Source of the DNA: Vitrella brassicaformis CCMP3155
Taxonomy: Eukaryota > Protista > Chromerida
Direction of reading: 5' to 3'
Length of the DNA stretch: 64,000 nucleotides
Assembly: GCA_001179505.1 (NCBI GenBank)
Contig: CDMY01000243.1
Location: 372,001 to 436,000, forward strand
The position numbers and the translations under genes were made by a program. Shown here piece after piece: positions 13,547-26,500 of this stretch (its first letter is position 1; each line of letters starts with the position of its first letter). Under the pieces are notes generated by a model, which worked only from the letters and a program-made list of their open reading frames with translations, was not told the DNA's origin and did no database searches.

Positions 13547-16500
13547 ATGACGGCGCTTGAATGGTTGGACGCGCCTCTGAAGCTGGTGTTCGGCGTCCTC
13601 GCCACTGTGACGGTGCTCGTCTGGGCCTTCCCTGTGGAAGCCCTGCTGGCTGGCGGCCGCGACGTGGCCACCAAGCTGTTTGCGATTCTGCCGCCGGTGC
13701 TGTACATCATATGGCAGCTGCGCGAGGCACTCAAGCATAGGGCCATCAACGATGACAAGTTCAGGCAGCGGCGGCAGGCCAAGCCGCTCAGTAGATGGAT
13801 GGCCGGATTCTGCAAGAAACGGTACCAACTGCACGCACCACACGCATCATGCCCATCGGCGCGGGCTTTGCATGCACCGTATGTGCGTCTGTGTGTGCGC
13901 AGGTATCCTGTTCCGATGAACGGCCGTGCCCTGACGCCGGCTGAGATCTGCCTGTGGGCCTCAGCCATCTTCATCAACGCCCACCTGCTGCTGGTCCCAC
14001 TGCTGATTGTCTACGGCACCAAACTGGACATCGGCAGGACGCCCCGGGACTTCTTTGCCCTTCTATGTACCACCATGGGTTTTGCGTGCATGGTAGGTAC
14101 ACAGATGCCCTTCTGCTTTGCCCTTCGTCAATTTTGCTCTTCGTCGATTTTGGCCTTGGTCAGGTTGATTTTGGCCTGTTGATGCTGCCCGCGTGCCGCG
14201 ATGGCTTCTTCCTGAGGCTGCTTGGAATCCCGTACGAGAAAGGTGAGTGAGTCGGTGTCCGGGTAGCTCAGCTCTCGTGCAGGCATTGGCACTCTTAAGA
14301 GGACTCTGACCCTTGTGCTGGTCTGTCTGTGGGGTATCTATCAGGCTTGCGTTTCCACAAGGCGCTGGGGTGGGTGGGCATTTGGTTCGCTTCTCTACAT
14401 GGTGGGCAGGGCAGGGCAGCAGCCAGGCAGACAAACAAAGAGAGAAGACAGATCGAATCGCCAGTGGTTGGTCTGCGGCTGTGTCAGGGTTCGGCTACTG
14501 GGCCGTCTGGCTGTTTGGGTACTCACCGGGAGGCTGGAAGTTTATGGAAGAACAGGTGAGTGAGCTGAGCTGGAGGATGCACGCAAGACAGCAGACGAGG
14601 AAGCCGATTGACGCTTGGGTGTCTATGTGGCTGCAGTTCCCCATCCACCGTCATCACTTCCCGATCCCCAGTCACATCTACGGCCACCATGGGCGCCCCA
14701 GCCCACACCCGGACGGCCCTCCACTGCCCGCCTGGATCAACATGCAAGGCGTCTACAACTTCTGTGGTCTTCTCTCACTCCTATGCATGCTCGGCATCGG
14801 TAAGGATGAAAGCAAATCGGGATATATGGCATGGATGGGCTGAGTCGTGGTCGGGTGATTGATTGGTGCGTGTTGTGTGTGTGCGTCTGTCTGTCTGTCT
14901 GTCTGTCAGCGTTCACGTCTCTGGAGGTTGTCCGTCGTCACCGGTGGGGTGTGTTCAAGAACACGCACTACCTCTTCCTGCCGGCACTCCTACTGGGCGT
15001 CTGCCACATGCCGGTGGGTGGGTCGGTGGGCGCACAGACCCACACACAGCCACCACCCACACAATGCACCTTCGGCCATGCGTGATGTGTGGTGTCGCGT
15101 CAGGTTCAAATGTGGATTTGGCTGCCGGGACTTGTCGTCTACGCCGCTGAGAGAACCGCATCATGGTATGTATGGTGCCAGCCTGCTTGTTCTTGTCTGT
15201 CTGTTGTGCTGCACCTCTTCACCATCAATGTGTGTATGCAGGCTTCGAGGCCACACTGACATCGTCAAGGTGCGCATCTCAGCGCCTGTGGCGGCCGATA
15301 CCAATGCCGCGTCAGGCACAGCCAAAGATGGATCCACAGGTACGGCACCACAAACTCGCCTCGGCACCACACCTGGCTGCGTGGCTGTCTGTCCCTCCCT
15401 CAGTGGTGCGTGTGGACGTGCCGGTCGGCCAGCTGAGTCCCCACACGTCATCCGGGAGCCACTGGGTGTACATCAACTTTCCTGAAATGGGCGCCCTCGA
15501 GTGGCACCCCTTCAGCATCGCCTCTTCCCCCGCCCAGGCCAGCGGCCAGGGCTACCTCACACTCTACATCCGCGAGCTGGGCGACTGGTCGTCCAACCTG
15601 GGCAAGTACCTCGCAGAGAAGAAACAAAAGGCCATCGAAGACGGAACCGATGTGAGCAAAATGCACGCCCCTAGTTGTGTCAGTACTGTGTTTGATTGAT
15701 GGGCGGGGCGGATCGCTGCGTCGATCAGGTGTTGGTGCCTGCCCGTGTGGACGGTGTGTACGGCCTGATCAGCGAGGATTTGTGGAAGTACCCCTCCCTG
15801 GTGCTGGTGGCGGGCGGCCTCGGCGTGACTCCCATGATCAGCCGACTCACAGAGATCGTCGCCCAGTGGAAGAAGGCCCAGCGGCCGACCAAGGGCGACG
15901 AGGAGAGCGTGACGCCGTCCGAGCACGACCAGCTGCCGAGCGAGCTGCAGTCGCTGCAGCGCATCAGGTTCGTGTGGGCCGTGCGGCAGCTGACCGACGT
16001 AGAAGTCTTCCGGGTGAGAGCGGGGGAAAGAAACCACACCTTTGGGGGGATGGTATGGTCATCTCTGTCTGTTATGTACTCTGTGTGTGTGTAGCGTGTG
16101 CTTGAGGAGGCCATGGAGGTGCTGCCTTCAGGGCTGTTTGACCTCCAGATCTACTGGACACGGCCCAAGGAAAACGCACCCCCACCCTCACACATTCCCG
16201 ATGGTACGTACGCAGCATCGCAACACCCACATATACAATGCATTGCACACACCACTCCCCCCGGTATCTCTCTGTGTGTTCCAGACAAGACGGAGTCCAA
16301 GTTGGGCGAGACGCTCGCATCTGAGAGTGCCAAGTGCTCTTCCTACAACCCCACATCCATCAAAGCCATCGCGGCCAATCAGCTCACCCGTGGTTTCTGC
16401 GCCACATTGGTGGCGGTGCTGACTGCGGTGCTGGGCCTGATAGCGGCAGTAGGGAGCGACAAGCTGGACCACTATGTGTGTGCCGCCCGGTGGCGACTCA

Positions 16501-17322
16501 TGGAGGAGGGCATGGGCCCGTGGCTCAACGACGTCGACAACAAGTGAGCCAGCAATAGGCCACAGGAGGGAGGGGGCGTGAGCGATGTCTCTCCCTCTGT
16601 CTCTCCATGTGTCTGTCTTGTGTGTGTGTGTGTGTGTGTGTGCGTGTGCAGCTGCCGCTGGTATCCCTATGTGATTCAGTTTGTGCTGGTTTTGGTGGCC
16701 GGTGTGGTGTCCACTCTCATCACATTCGGGCTGGCATTCATATGGAACATCCCAAAGGTAGGCCGGCCGGCATGGCGTGCACCGCAGTCAGGTGCCCATC
16801 CTCCCCTGTCCTGTCTGTCTGTCTGTGTCTCAGCGTCGTCGCGCTGGCAATTGGGTCACACTGACCGAGACAGACCCATCCCCCCCCTCGGTAGGAGCAG
16901 CAGCGGCACAGCAGCAGCAGCAGCAGCCTCAGGCCAGCAGCAACCTCAGCGACCGGTCGGCCCACGGTGCAGCGAGCAGCACACGGAGCGGCGCCACCCC
17001 CACTCCCACCCGCATCGAGGACTGCATCCACAAGGGCCGCCCGCCCCTCCCTGACATACTCGCCGCAACGGTCACCGAGCAGATGGCCCGCGACGTGCAA
17101 AACACCGGCTCGCTCAAGAAGGTGAGGACAGACACAAACACGGCGACATAGCCAGCCAGCCAGGGATTCATGTGTGCGCACTATCGGTATGATGTGTGTG
17201 TGCAGGTCAAGTGTCTGGTGTGCGGTCCGATGTCGTTGGTGGAGGGCGTCAAGGACGCTTGTGCCGCCACAGAGACCTTCAGGCAGTTGATCACCTACGA
17301 GAACGAAGAGTTCGAGCTGTGA
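13547..17322 (+). CDS. Ferric reductase / NOX-superfamily flavocytochrome (FRO/FRE-like)
   Basis: Heme helices GIPYEKGLRFHKALG and VRRHRWGVFKNTHYLF; FAD motif EWHPFSIASSP; NADPH motifs RVDGVYG, LVAGGLGVTP, FVWAVR; C-terminal VLVCGPMSL..YENEEFEL. Confidence 0.9.
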
Positions 17323-18583
17323 TGACTTTTTGGTGTCTCACACGGCAGCGAGAACGCCACACCTACAGTGCAGCATCACCTCACACACCACCGCACCCAC
17401 CGGGTGTGTATGTATGGCAATGTGCCAGTTTTGCATTTTTGAGCCTGTCGGCCGCTGCATAGCACGGGGGCGGTGCTGTGACAGCGAGTCGCTGTGTGCG
17501 TGTGTGTGCGCGTGTATGTGTGTGTGTGTGACCGGCTAGACTGGTTTGTTTCCCTGTGTGGTATTTGTTGTTGCGGTCGATGGTGGGTCACCCTACCTAC
17601 CTTAACGCTGCTGACGGTGCGGAGGGGGCGACGGACGGCTGGTGTTTTGTACGTGGTATTCATCGAACACTGTGTGCGTGTCAGTGTGCTGAGCGGCGCA
17701 TGCTGGGGCGAGTGCTGGCCAGCTGGTTCGTCCTCCTCCTCGTTATCGGCATTTGACCACTGCATGGAGAACGAGGTGGTGGGCAGATCCAGCAAACACC
17801 CCCAAAATGCTATGTGTGCTGGAGAGAGAGAGAGAGATATAGCCGCTCGGTCTAGTGCCTCCACTTGGTGGCTGACGGCTCACAGGGTGGGAGAAGTTGT
17901 GTTGGGGTATGGCAATACTACGTGCGCGTGTGTGTCCATCCCATGGCGGTGCGTGCGAAGCACCAGTGCCCGCCCTCTTGATGTGTATTCCGTCTTCCAC
18001 ACACGGACGGACGGTTTGCAGTGGCGGCGGGGCGGTGTGTGGTTCATGGCTGTGTGTGGACAGTGACAATTGAGTGAGGCCGAGGACAGCTGAGCTGAAA
18101 GCATTGAATTGTGGACCGGGCAAAACGTCGCATACAGCGTGACGAGCATCTGATTTGACGGCAGCGTATGCTCGTGTCTGTTATGCATGTGTCCATCCCT
18201 CCCACCCTCTGCCCTCCCTCCCCCTCTCTAATGCATCCACACACGCAATCATCCTCTTCCGCACGTCCATCCATGCTGTGCTGTGCTGTGCTGTGCTATG
18301 CACCCCCGTGTGTATTCCCGTATGTATGCATTGTGTAGGTATGTCTCCACGGTCTCACGACACAGTCGCTCACGGCCGCACCAGATGGACTCAGATAGAG
18401 ACAGACAGACAGACATGCACACCTACAGTGAGGGCTCCCCGCACCTCCCTGTGCTGCGCACACACCCAGAGAGACCATCCAGCCATCCAGCCATCCGTGA
18501 GGGCATCAAAGGTCGTGCATACACACATGTATAATAAAGGAGCCGTGCAGCCGTGAAGCCAGCCACAGACAGATAGAGGCACA

Positions 18584-20504
18584 CTACAATGAACGCAGCG
18601 TGTCGTATATATGCTGATCTGACGAGATGAGCCCCACCACAAAATTATCTCTATCAAAGAAGGCAGGAACGGCCTGGCCTGCACTGCACCATGAACCAAT
18701 GCACACGTACACACGTACGTACATGCCAGACAGCCAGACAGCCAGATAGACGTAGACGTCCACACACGTACGCACACGCACTCGCACACACATGCTTCCA
18801 TCTCTTAAGACCTTCATCAAAGAACACTACACACACCAGACAAACACCACCCATTCCCCCCCCTATCTCTCCAGCCAGCCGCCCCCATGGTAGTCATGAT
18901 GCCACTCCCCATGCTGTGTGTGCCTTACACCCTCCTGCTGCTGCTGCTTCTGTTGCTGCAGTAGGTCAGCGAACTGTGGGACGACGAGCGGCAGCGGGGC
19001 GGAAATGGCTGATGGCGGATATGGCGGAGGCGGAGGTGGCACCGCCCGCAGCGGGCCGGGCCAGCTTGCGTGTCGATCGGTGAGGGCCTGCTGCTCGTGT
19101 GGGGGACGGATGACTGCTATGGCGCGGCCGTCCTGTGTGGGCAGCGAAGAGGGGCGGAACGGAGGGAACCGACGATAGAAGGATGAATAACCTGATGGCA
19201 ACACAGGCAGACAGACAGGAGTGAGTGGGTGGGGCATGGCATGCATATACATGCGGTTGGGTGGCTGGTTCACTGTACTTACCGGTGTGCATACGGGGTC
19301 GGCCCATATGTGTATGTGGTCTGTAGATGCGTTTTTTGGGCCGCGGCAGACACAGGTGGCAGTGGTCGCAGTTGCGGCCCTTCCAGCACCCGCCCTTGGT
19401 GGAGAACCAATAACACCTGACACCCATACACACACACACACGCACGCAGACAGACAGACAGACAGACAGAAGATACGCATGAGAAGGCAGAAGTCCGTGT
19501 TATTCTATCTATTGTCGCACACACCGTTTGTTGGGGCACTGCCTATCTCCGTCGACATGGTGCATCGACCCGATGTTGAGCACCGTCCCCCCCAACCGCA
19601 GCACACTCATGGGGGGGCAGCTCTCGGACCGCTTCCCACTACCCTCTCTCCCCACCCTAACTCCCTTCTGCTCATCCTCATGGACGTACCGGTGCAGACA
19701 CGCCTGCAGGGTATCCTCAGACGACGCAGGCACCTCACCCTCACCCTCTCCCTCCCCTTGCACGCAAGCGTCCCACCGAAGATCGGCACGTGAGGTGTCT
19801 GAAGTGGAGAAATGGATGAATCCGCGCCGCACGGGTATGCGTGCCGGGTAGATGTTCTGTGACGCCACCGAGGGCGACTGGGGGCTGTCGCCAGCGGTGT
19901 GGGGCGAGAGGGGGGAGGCCGAGGGGGACGGCGGGGACGGGGGAAGCTCCTCCATCCAGTCGCCCTGACTTGGAGAAGAGGGCAGGACCACCGACGGCAC
20001 GCTCCCGTCGCCAGCCGAGAGGCCCACTGCAGCAGAGGCCATCTGTGCCGTCAGCCCCTGGTGCTGTTGCTGTGCCGACTGGGGCCTGTGGAACTGCCCG
20101 TGGCTCCACACCGACACGCCATCGCCCCCCGAGGAAAGCGTCGGAGCACACACCACCACAGGCGACCAGCCGCCCCGCTGCGCCGTCCCTACTCCCAACA
20201 CCTTGGCGCGCACCGGCGAATGCGGGGAATCTACGCTGATCGACGCCAGCAGGGGGGCCTCGTGGATGAGGGTAGATGTGGTGCTCTTGCTGTGGCATGA
20301 CGCGGGGCTGTCGCCGCCCTCAGTGGAGGGCATCATGCCCACGAGTGCGTGTGGTGCCGTCATGGGGGGCCGCTGGACATCGGTGATGACTGCCGGGAGG
20401 GTGTAGAGAGGTAGTGCATCTGGGCTGGTGAGGCTCATGGGCGCATTCGATGGCGATGAGTCGTCCCTGCTCGAGGGCGATCGACCGGACACGTCTTGAG
20501 TCAT
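18584..20504 (-). CDS. Low-complexity protein with alveolate-type CCCH zinc finger; 5' end uncertain
   Basis: Spliced NIGSMHHVDGDRQCPNKRCYWFSTKGGCWKGRNCDHCHLC. The Ser/Pro-rich exon spans 19509-20504; the last exon QAVPAFFDRDNF..LRSL* joins in phase 1. Confidence 0.7.
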
Positions 20505-21014
20505 CGGATCTGCACAAGGCAAACACACAAACAACAGGGGAGAGGAATAGTCCAAGATGCTCTCCCCAGATGAATTGCAAAAGGGTTGCCTACCTGCAGC
20601 TGCCGTAGATGTGAGCTCTTGTCTATCACGAACGCGAAGGTTCAAGACCATTCATCAGCTATGCTTCTCAGGTGACGCCGCCCGGGTCGTGTTGGCGATG
20701 CCGTGCAGAGCTTTGCTGACAGCATATTGGCGGCGTTGAGAGGTGAGTGACCATTCTCAACAACTCGCGCTCGCAAAGGAGCCACGCAAAGGAGTGCGAG
20801 CTACAAATGGAGAGGAGAGAGGGGCGTCTCCCCAGGGGATCGCCTTTACCGTAAAACATTCTGGAGCTGGAGCGTCTGGTGACCTCGCGTGTGCAGATCC
20901 TCCTCTCCCCACGTGAGCCACCCCCCATCCCTGGTCTTAGTGGATAGGGAGGAGAGCTCCCTCATCTTGGTGTCTTCTGGTGCTGTGTTCATCAGCGCAC
21001 CAGCCTGCATCGTG

Positions 21015-22741
21015 ATGGCCCTCGCCTACACTGCGAGGCCTGAAGGCCTTCGTGCTGTCAGCAAAAAAGAGCAATGTGGCGGCAAGGACCGTGGCGTAGT
21101 GACTGAGGCAGAGCCCAGTACGATACCGCTCGTGTCGGCTTACTCTCCCGCGGACATCGACGCCGTCATCCATCAGACGGGCAAGCAGCGGCATTCCATG
21201 GAGGGCTTCGATGACAAGTGAGTGAGTCTGAAGCACACAACAAACGAACCGACAAACAAAGGCAGGTCCACCACACTCACTTTGGTGATGGCATGGCATG
21301 ATGTGTGCTGTGCAGGTATGTGGATATTGTGAATTACATTTTGAACATCACCCACGAGATTTGGGAGAGGAAGGACCTCAGCCTCATCTACGACACCTAC
21401 TCGGACAGCTGTGACGTGTACAGCCTCTCCGGCGTCACGGTGGGCGTCGAGCCGGTGGTGCGGGGCACCATCCGCATGTTGGCGGCCTGGCCCGACCGCA
21501 CCATGTACCCCGCCAACGTCATCTGGAGCGGTAGCGATGCCTGTGAGGACGGCTTCTACTCGTCCCACAAGATCATCTCACATATGACACACGGTCAGGC
21601 GCGGGCTCAGGGAGGGAGGGAGGGAGCCTTTGTAGTGGGAAGACGTACATGTGTTGTGTTGTGCTGTGTTGTGTCTGCTCAGATGGCGACGATAAGTTGT
21701 TTGGCGCGGCCACCGGCCGTCAGGTGCGTGTGACGACCATTGCCGACTGCTGCATCAGACACAACAAAATATACCTCGAGTGGTAAGGCCGGCAGGGAAA
21801 GATCCCCACCCCACCGTGTGTCAAGGCGGTTGCCTTGCCTTATTCCATTGGCCTCTGCTGCCTGGGTGCCCCTCCCTCCCCCTCAGGTTGGCCCGTGACA
21901 ATTCGGCCATATTGGTGCAGCTGGGCAAGGACGTCCACGAGACCGCTCGTCAGCTGGCTGCCGCCCCCTACCCGCCGCCCCTGGCCTCATACATCCGATC
22001 AGAGATCGACAAGGCCGCCACAGCCACCGAGGCGACGGGCAATGAGCAGTCCGCCTTCCCCCCTCCCCCGCCCTTCCATCCCCCTCCCGTGCGTGCCGTG
22101 TCGGTGGGCGGTGAGGTCGACTGGTACGTCAGTCTCCTCACACTCGCCTGGCACTCCAAGGACACCGGCATGCTCGCCCCCCTCTACCACACCCACTCCT
22201 GCATGGCCATCCCGCGCGGCAAGGTGCTGACCGGCGTCAAGGACATCCAGGCGTTCTTCGCCGCCATGTGGAGCGTGTTCCCCGACGCCAGCATGCGCGT
22301 GGACCACGTGTCGAGCGTGCCGTACATGCCACCCTCATCGGACAAGCAGTCCACTTGCGAGGGGTCTGCCGGATCTGGCAGCGAGGCGTCGAGCCCTTCC
22401 TCCGCCAGGGAGGGGAAGGGATGGGAGGCGCGGAGGAAGGGGAGCTGGAGATCGTCACGCTCGAGTCGACCACTAGTGTGAGCACTGACTATGTCCGTAG
22501 CAGTGGGGGGGCGGGGGGAGGGGTAGATGTGGCTGTGCGGTGGGGAGTGGTGGGCACACACAGTGGGATGGTATCGCCTGGCAGCCCCCTGCAGTGGGAG
22601 GGGGTCACACCCACACACAAGGAGGTGTTTGTGCTGGGCATCACACATGCCCGGATTGTGGGGTCTCGTGTGGTGGAGGAGTGGGTGGTGTTTGATGAGC
22701 TGGCTGTGCTCCGCCAAATGTACAGCCCTGTCGATGCATGA
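21015..22741 (+). CDS. Tandem SnoaL-like / NTF2-fold (ester cyclase family) protein
   Basis: MEGFDDKYVDIVNYILNITHEIWERK..LAAWPDRTMYPANVIWSG..SSHKIISHMTH..IADC..EWLARDNSAILVQLG. A second domain has VFPDASMRVDHV..VAVRWGVVGTH..VEEWVVFDELAVLRQ. Confidence 0.8.
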
Positions 22742-23531
22742 TTCTACAGCCCTGTCGATGCGATGCATGGCGCATGTGGTGCATCTGCAGATCCATACAT
22801 ACATAATCCCATGCCGTGTTCATGGCCACCGGGTGTGCTGTATAGCCGCCCTGCCTGCCTGCCTGGCTGTCTGCCTGCCCTCCGTGCGTCGTTTTTGAAG
22901 CATGTCTGGAGGGCTGTCCGTGTGTGTGAGAGAATACGCAATGTGCTTTTAGTCCGACAAGCACACTGACTACTGATGACTGATCTGTGTATGTCGCTCG
23001 CTGTGTGACGGCATACGTGTAAGCTCTATGACTGGATTGGATTGCACAATTCGCCCACGCGGGCGCGAACCATCACAACCATCCATGCTGCGTACACATG
23101 ACACGTACGAGTGTGTGTACATTACTTACCCTTTTTGAGCAGTTTTGTGCGTGTGATGGATGTTCATGGCGTGAATGTGTTGTGTTGTTTGTCATTGGCA
23201 GTGCAGTCATGTAGCAGTGCAGTGGACGGACAGGACAGGGATGCAGGGCGGGGGGGCAGGTGCACACAGGAGGACACGCACGAGCGGGTTCAGCGTTTTG
23301 CCTGTTGCTTGCTCTGACGTTCGCTTTGGCTTCATCCATGTAATCGAATCTTTTCCCTGCCGTGCTTTGGAAGTGATGTATGTGTGCTCGTGGATTGATG
23401 CACTGGATGCGGAGACCAGTTGAACGCAATGAACCCCTCTCTCGACGCGAGCTCGGCATGCATGCAGCCCCCCTCCGCCCCCAAGCCGAACGATGGAGAG
23501 ATCTGAGCCTAGTGGCCTATAGCGGGGAAGG

Positions 23532-26500
23532 ATGGCCTCTCCCGGCGGCAAGTTGAGCCTCCGTGTTCGCAACAATGCCCTCAGCCGGTAAGAAGAGTGA
23601 AGAAGACTCCTCCGATCATGCTTCACTTCATCCCCCAGGGCGCATGTTCGCGTGGTGGAGGCCAGGGAGCGAAAGATGGTTGAGCAGGAAATCGAGAAGG
23701 CCACGGAAAAGGACGAGAAGATGACCTTGGGGGGCGGCGTCAAAGCTGAAATTGGTGGTCTGGAGATCGGCCTGGAGGCCAACAGGGGCAAAGAAACATG
23801 TATGTGAGAGGCTGCAGGAGACGCACAGGGCACTTTCCTTTGCGTTGTTCACAGGTGAGAAGACGGAGGAAAAGAGCTTTGTTTGCATTCAGTACGGCAA
23901 ACTGAAGGAGTCACGCGACTGGTGAGAAACAACTGACGTCTGGGAGTGTGTCAGCTGTGTCAGAATCTCTCTCTCCCCCTCCATCAGGACGACAATTGAC
24001 CCCGGCGAGGAAGCCGTTTTGTCGAGCTTCGACTCCCCATACATATCAATCTTCATTGAGGACTCCAGATTTCAGCTGCTCAACCAACTCATACACCCAG
24101 AAGAGCACCAATACGCCATCGCGCTCAGAAGGGTGAGGACCAGACAATACATGCGCGAACGCTTTCATTTCGCTATTATGTCTCTCTGTTCCTTCTTCCA
24201 GGCCAATCCGCCGTATGTGTCGCTCCTTACTGATACTCTCGAGGTGGCAAACATCGAAGCCAAGCAGAAGCCCTTTCGTCTCAACAACCTCACCACGAAG
24301 CTCGTCTTGACGGTAGTGGAGACCATGGCCCGTGGCACGTCGGTCGCGCTTCAAGAAAAAGTGAGCCGTGAGCCGCATGAAGAGGCCGATCCCTCGCAGC
24401 TATGGATTCGGCAAATCGACACATTCTGCCCCAAAGGCGCTTTCCGTCTGGTGCCAAAGGCATTTCCTGATCAGACGCTGGCGGTGAGTCCATTGATGGA
24501 CAACAAGCTTGTCCTCAATGTCCCAACTGCCAAGACAGACTGCAAAGACTGCAAGGGAGAGGCAAAATATGAGCAATGGACCATGGTGGCAACAGAGACG
24601 CAAGACATTGTGCAGCCGACGACAGAGGGAGGCTGGTGCAGCCTGTTCTGCTGTCAGCCCTGCAGAGATCAGCTGCCCGTATCCACCGACATGGAATCCG
24701 GGCAGGGGACGGAGGAAAGGAGGGGTAGCAGCAAATTCGATGAAGAAACGGTGACCATCAAGTGTGTCGGGCTGCCAGATCACATGATGAGCGTCCAGAC
24801 TGCCGGCAAGGGCAGCGGTCTGATGATGGCAAAGAAACACGAGAGCGTCCCAATGGAGGCCCTGTGGCGCTGCAGCCAGCCGATTGTGGCCGAGAAAGGT
24901 AGCGAATCAAAAACGAAGACTGTGTGGGCCACTCATGTGTTCCCATTTCTGTCTCAGGTCAAGATGTGCTACCGGTCGCAACGGAGGAGGTCGGTGACAT
25001 GCATTCACTCACTGAATGGCGCTCCCTGTACAGTATAGTTGACTATCCATTCTTGTAGATGACCCTCTTCGAAGCCTGCGCACAAGGCAATAGGGATGCT
25101 GTCATGCGAGTTATCAGCGTCAACGGGGTCGAATGCCTGCAGGAAACCGACGAGGTGAGACACTACACTACAAAGTTGTCCACAACGCTGCGAAAGCGTG
25201 TAGTGTATTGCAGGAGGGCTTCACAGCGCTCCACTACGCCGCACAGAACGGCCACGTGGACATCGTCAAAGAGATAGTCGCCCAAGGGGGCACAGACCTT
25301 ATCAAAAAGAAGACAATCGTACAGGTGAGCCAACATATATGATGGCCGATAACGAGACTTGTCTTGAGACGTCAGTTTTGATTCCTACAAGTGCGAGCCT
25401 ACTGTGTTGCATATTGCGGTCGAGAAGGGTCATGTGGCAGTCGTGAAGGCTCTCGTGGAGCTGGGAGGGATCGATATGTTGACAACGCTCAGAGATAAGA
25501 TATGAGACGTCGTGATCTATTATGGATCTGCGGCCGTCTTGTTTTGTGTGGTTGCAGTACGATTCCACTGCTTTTCACGATGCCGCAGGGTATGATCAAC
25601 TCGATGTGATGCGCGCGATCTATGCATTCAAGGGCAAGCCATTGCTGGAATGCGTGGAAGAAGGACCTGTAAGTTGCACAAAAACTGATCCCCTACATGG
25701 TTTCGATGCATTGCTCTCTGTCTGTGATGTAGGCCGGCCGTTTTCCTATTCACATGGCTGCTGGGAAAAGCGATGTTGCTGTTGTGAACCAGTTGTTGGC
25801 GTGGGGAGGCACAAAGGAGCTTGAGAAACGAAACAAGGTCCCAGGTTTCCCACAATGACGAGAGGGCTATCTTGTGGTCTATGTGCTTGATGGCTGCAGA
25901 ACAATGACACACCCTTCATCCTCGCTGCAATGGGCGGGCACGTCGATATGATGGAGGCCATGTACGCCAAGGGGGGCAAACCGCTGCTCGAACAGGGGAA
26001 CAAAGTGAGGAAAGGAACCCCAGTGACAGGCAGATTCCATGCGTTCTCCTGGCTGTGGTCGATGGCTGCAGAATGATGACACACCCTTCATCCTCGCTGC
26101 ATGCTGTGGCCACCTCGATGCGTTGAGGGCGATGTACGCAAAGGGGGGCAAGCCGCTGCTCCAACAGAAGGGAAAGGTAAGTCCTATAAGACGGATCAGG
26201 GGCCAATAGATTCGATTGGTCCTCTCTCTGTGCTATAGGGCTTAGGATATGCAATCCACGCTGCATCTTGGAAGGGCCATCTTGATGTGGTCAAGCAATT
26301 GATTGAGTGGGGAGGAAAAGCTGAGCTCGACAAGCGCTGGGTGAGATGAAGAAGATATGCGACTCAGGAGATTATATGCAACACAGGACACATTTTTCAG
26401 CACAAGAATGGGTGGGGTACGCTTCCCATCCACGAGGCAGCCCTGAGTGGAGACCTTGCTACGTTCAATTACTTGATCGATGTTGGCGGAATCCAGCAAA

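Noticed and set aside
22322-22500. Apparent frameshift between ORFs 21780-22481 and 22268-22741 in the SnoaL gene
   Set aside because: A 179-nt GT-AG intron (22322-22500) restores the frame (HVSSVP-SGGAGGGVDVAVRW), so no recoding or pseudogene call is needed.
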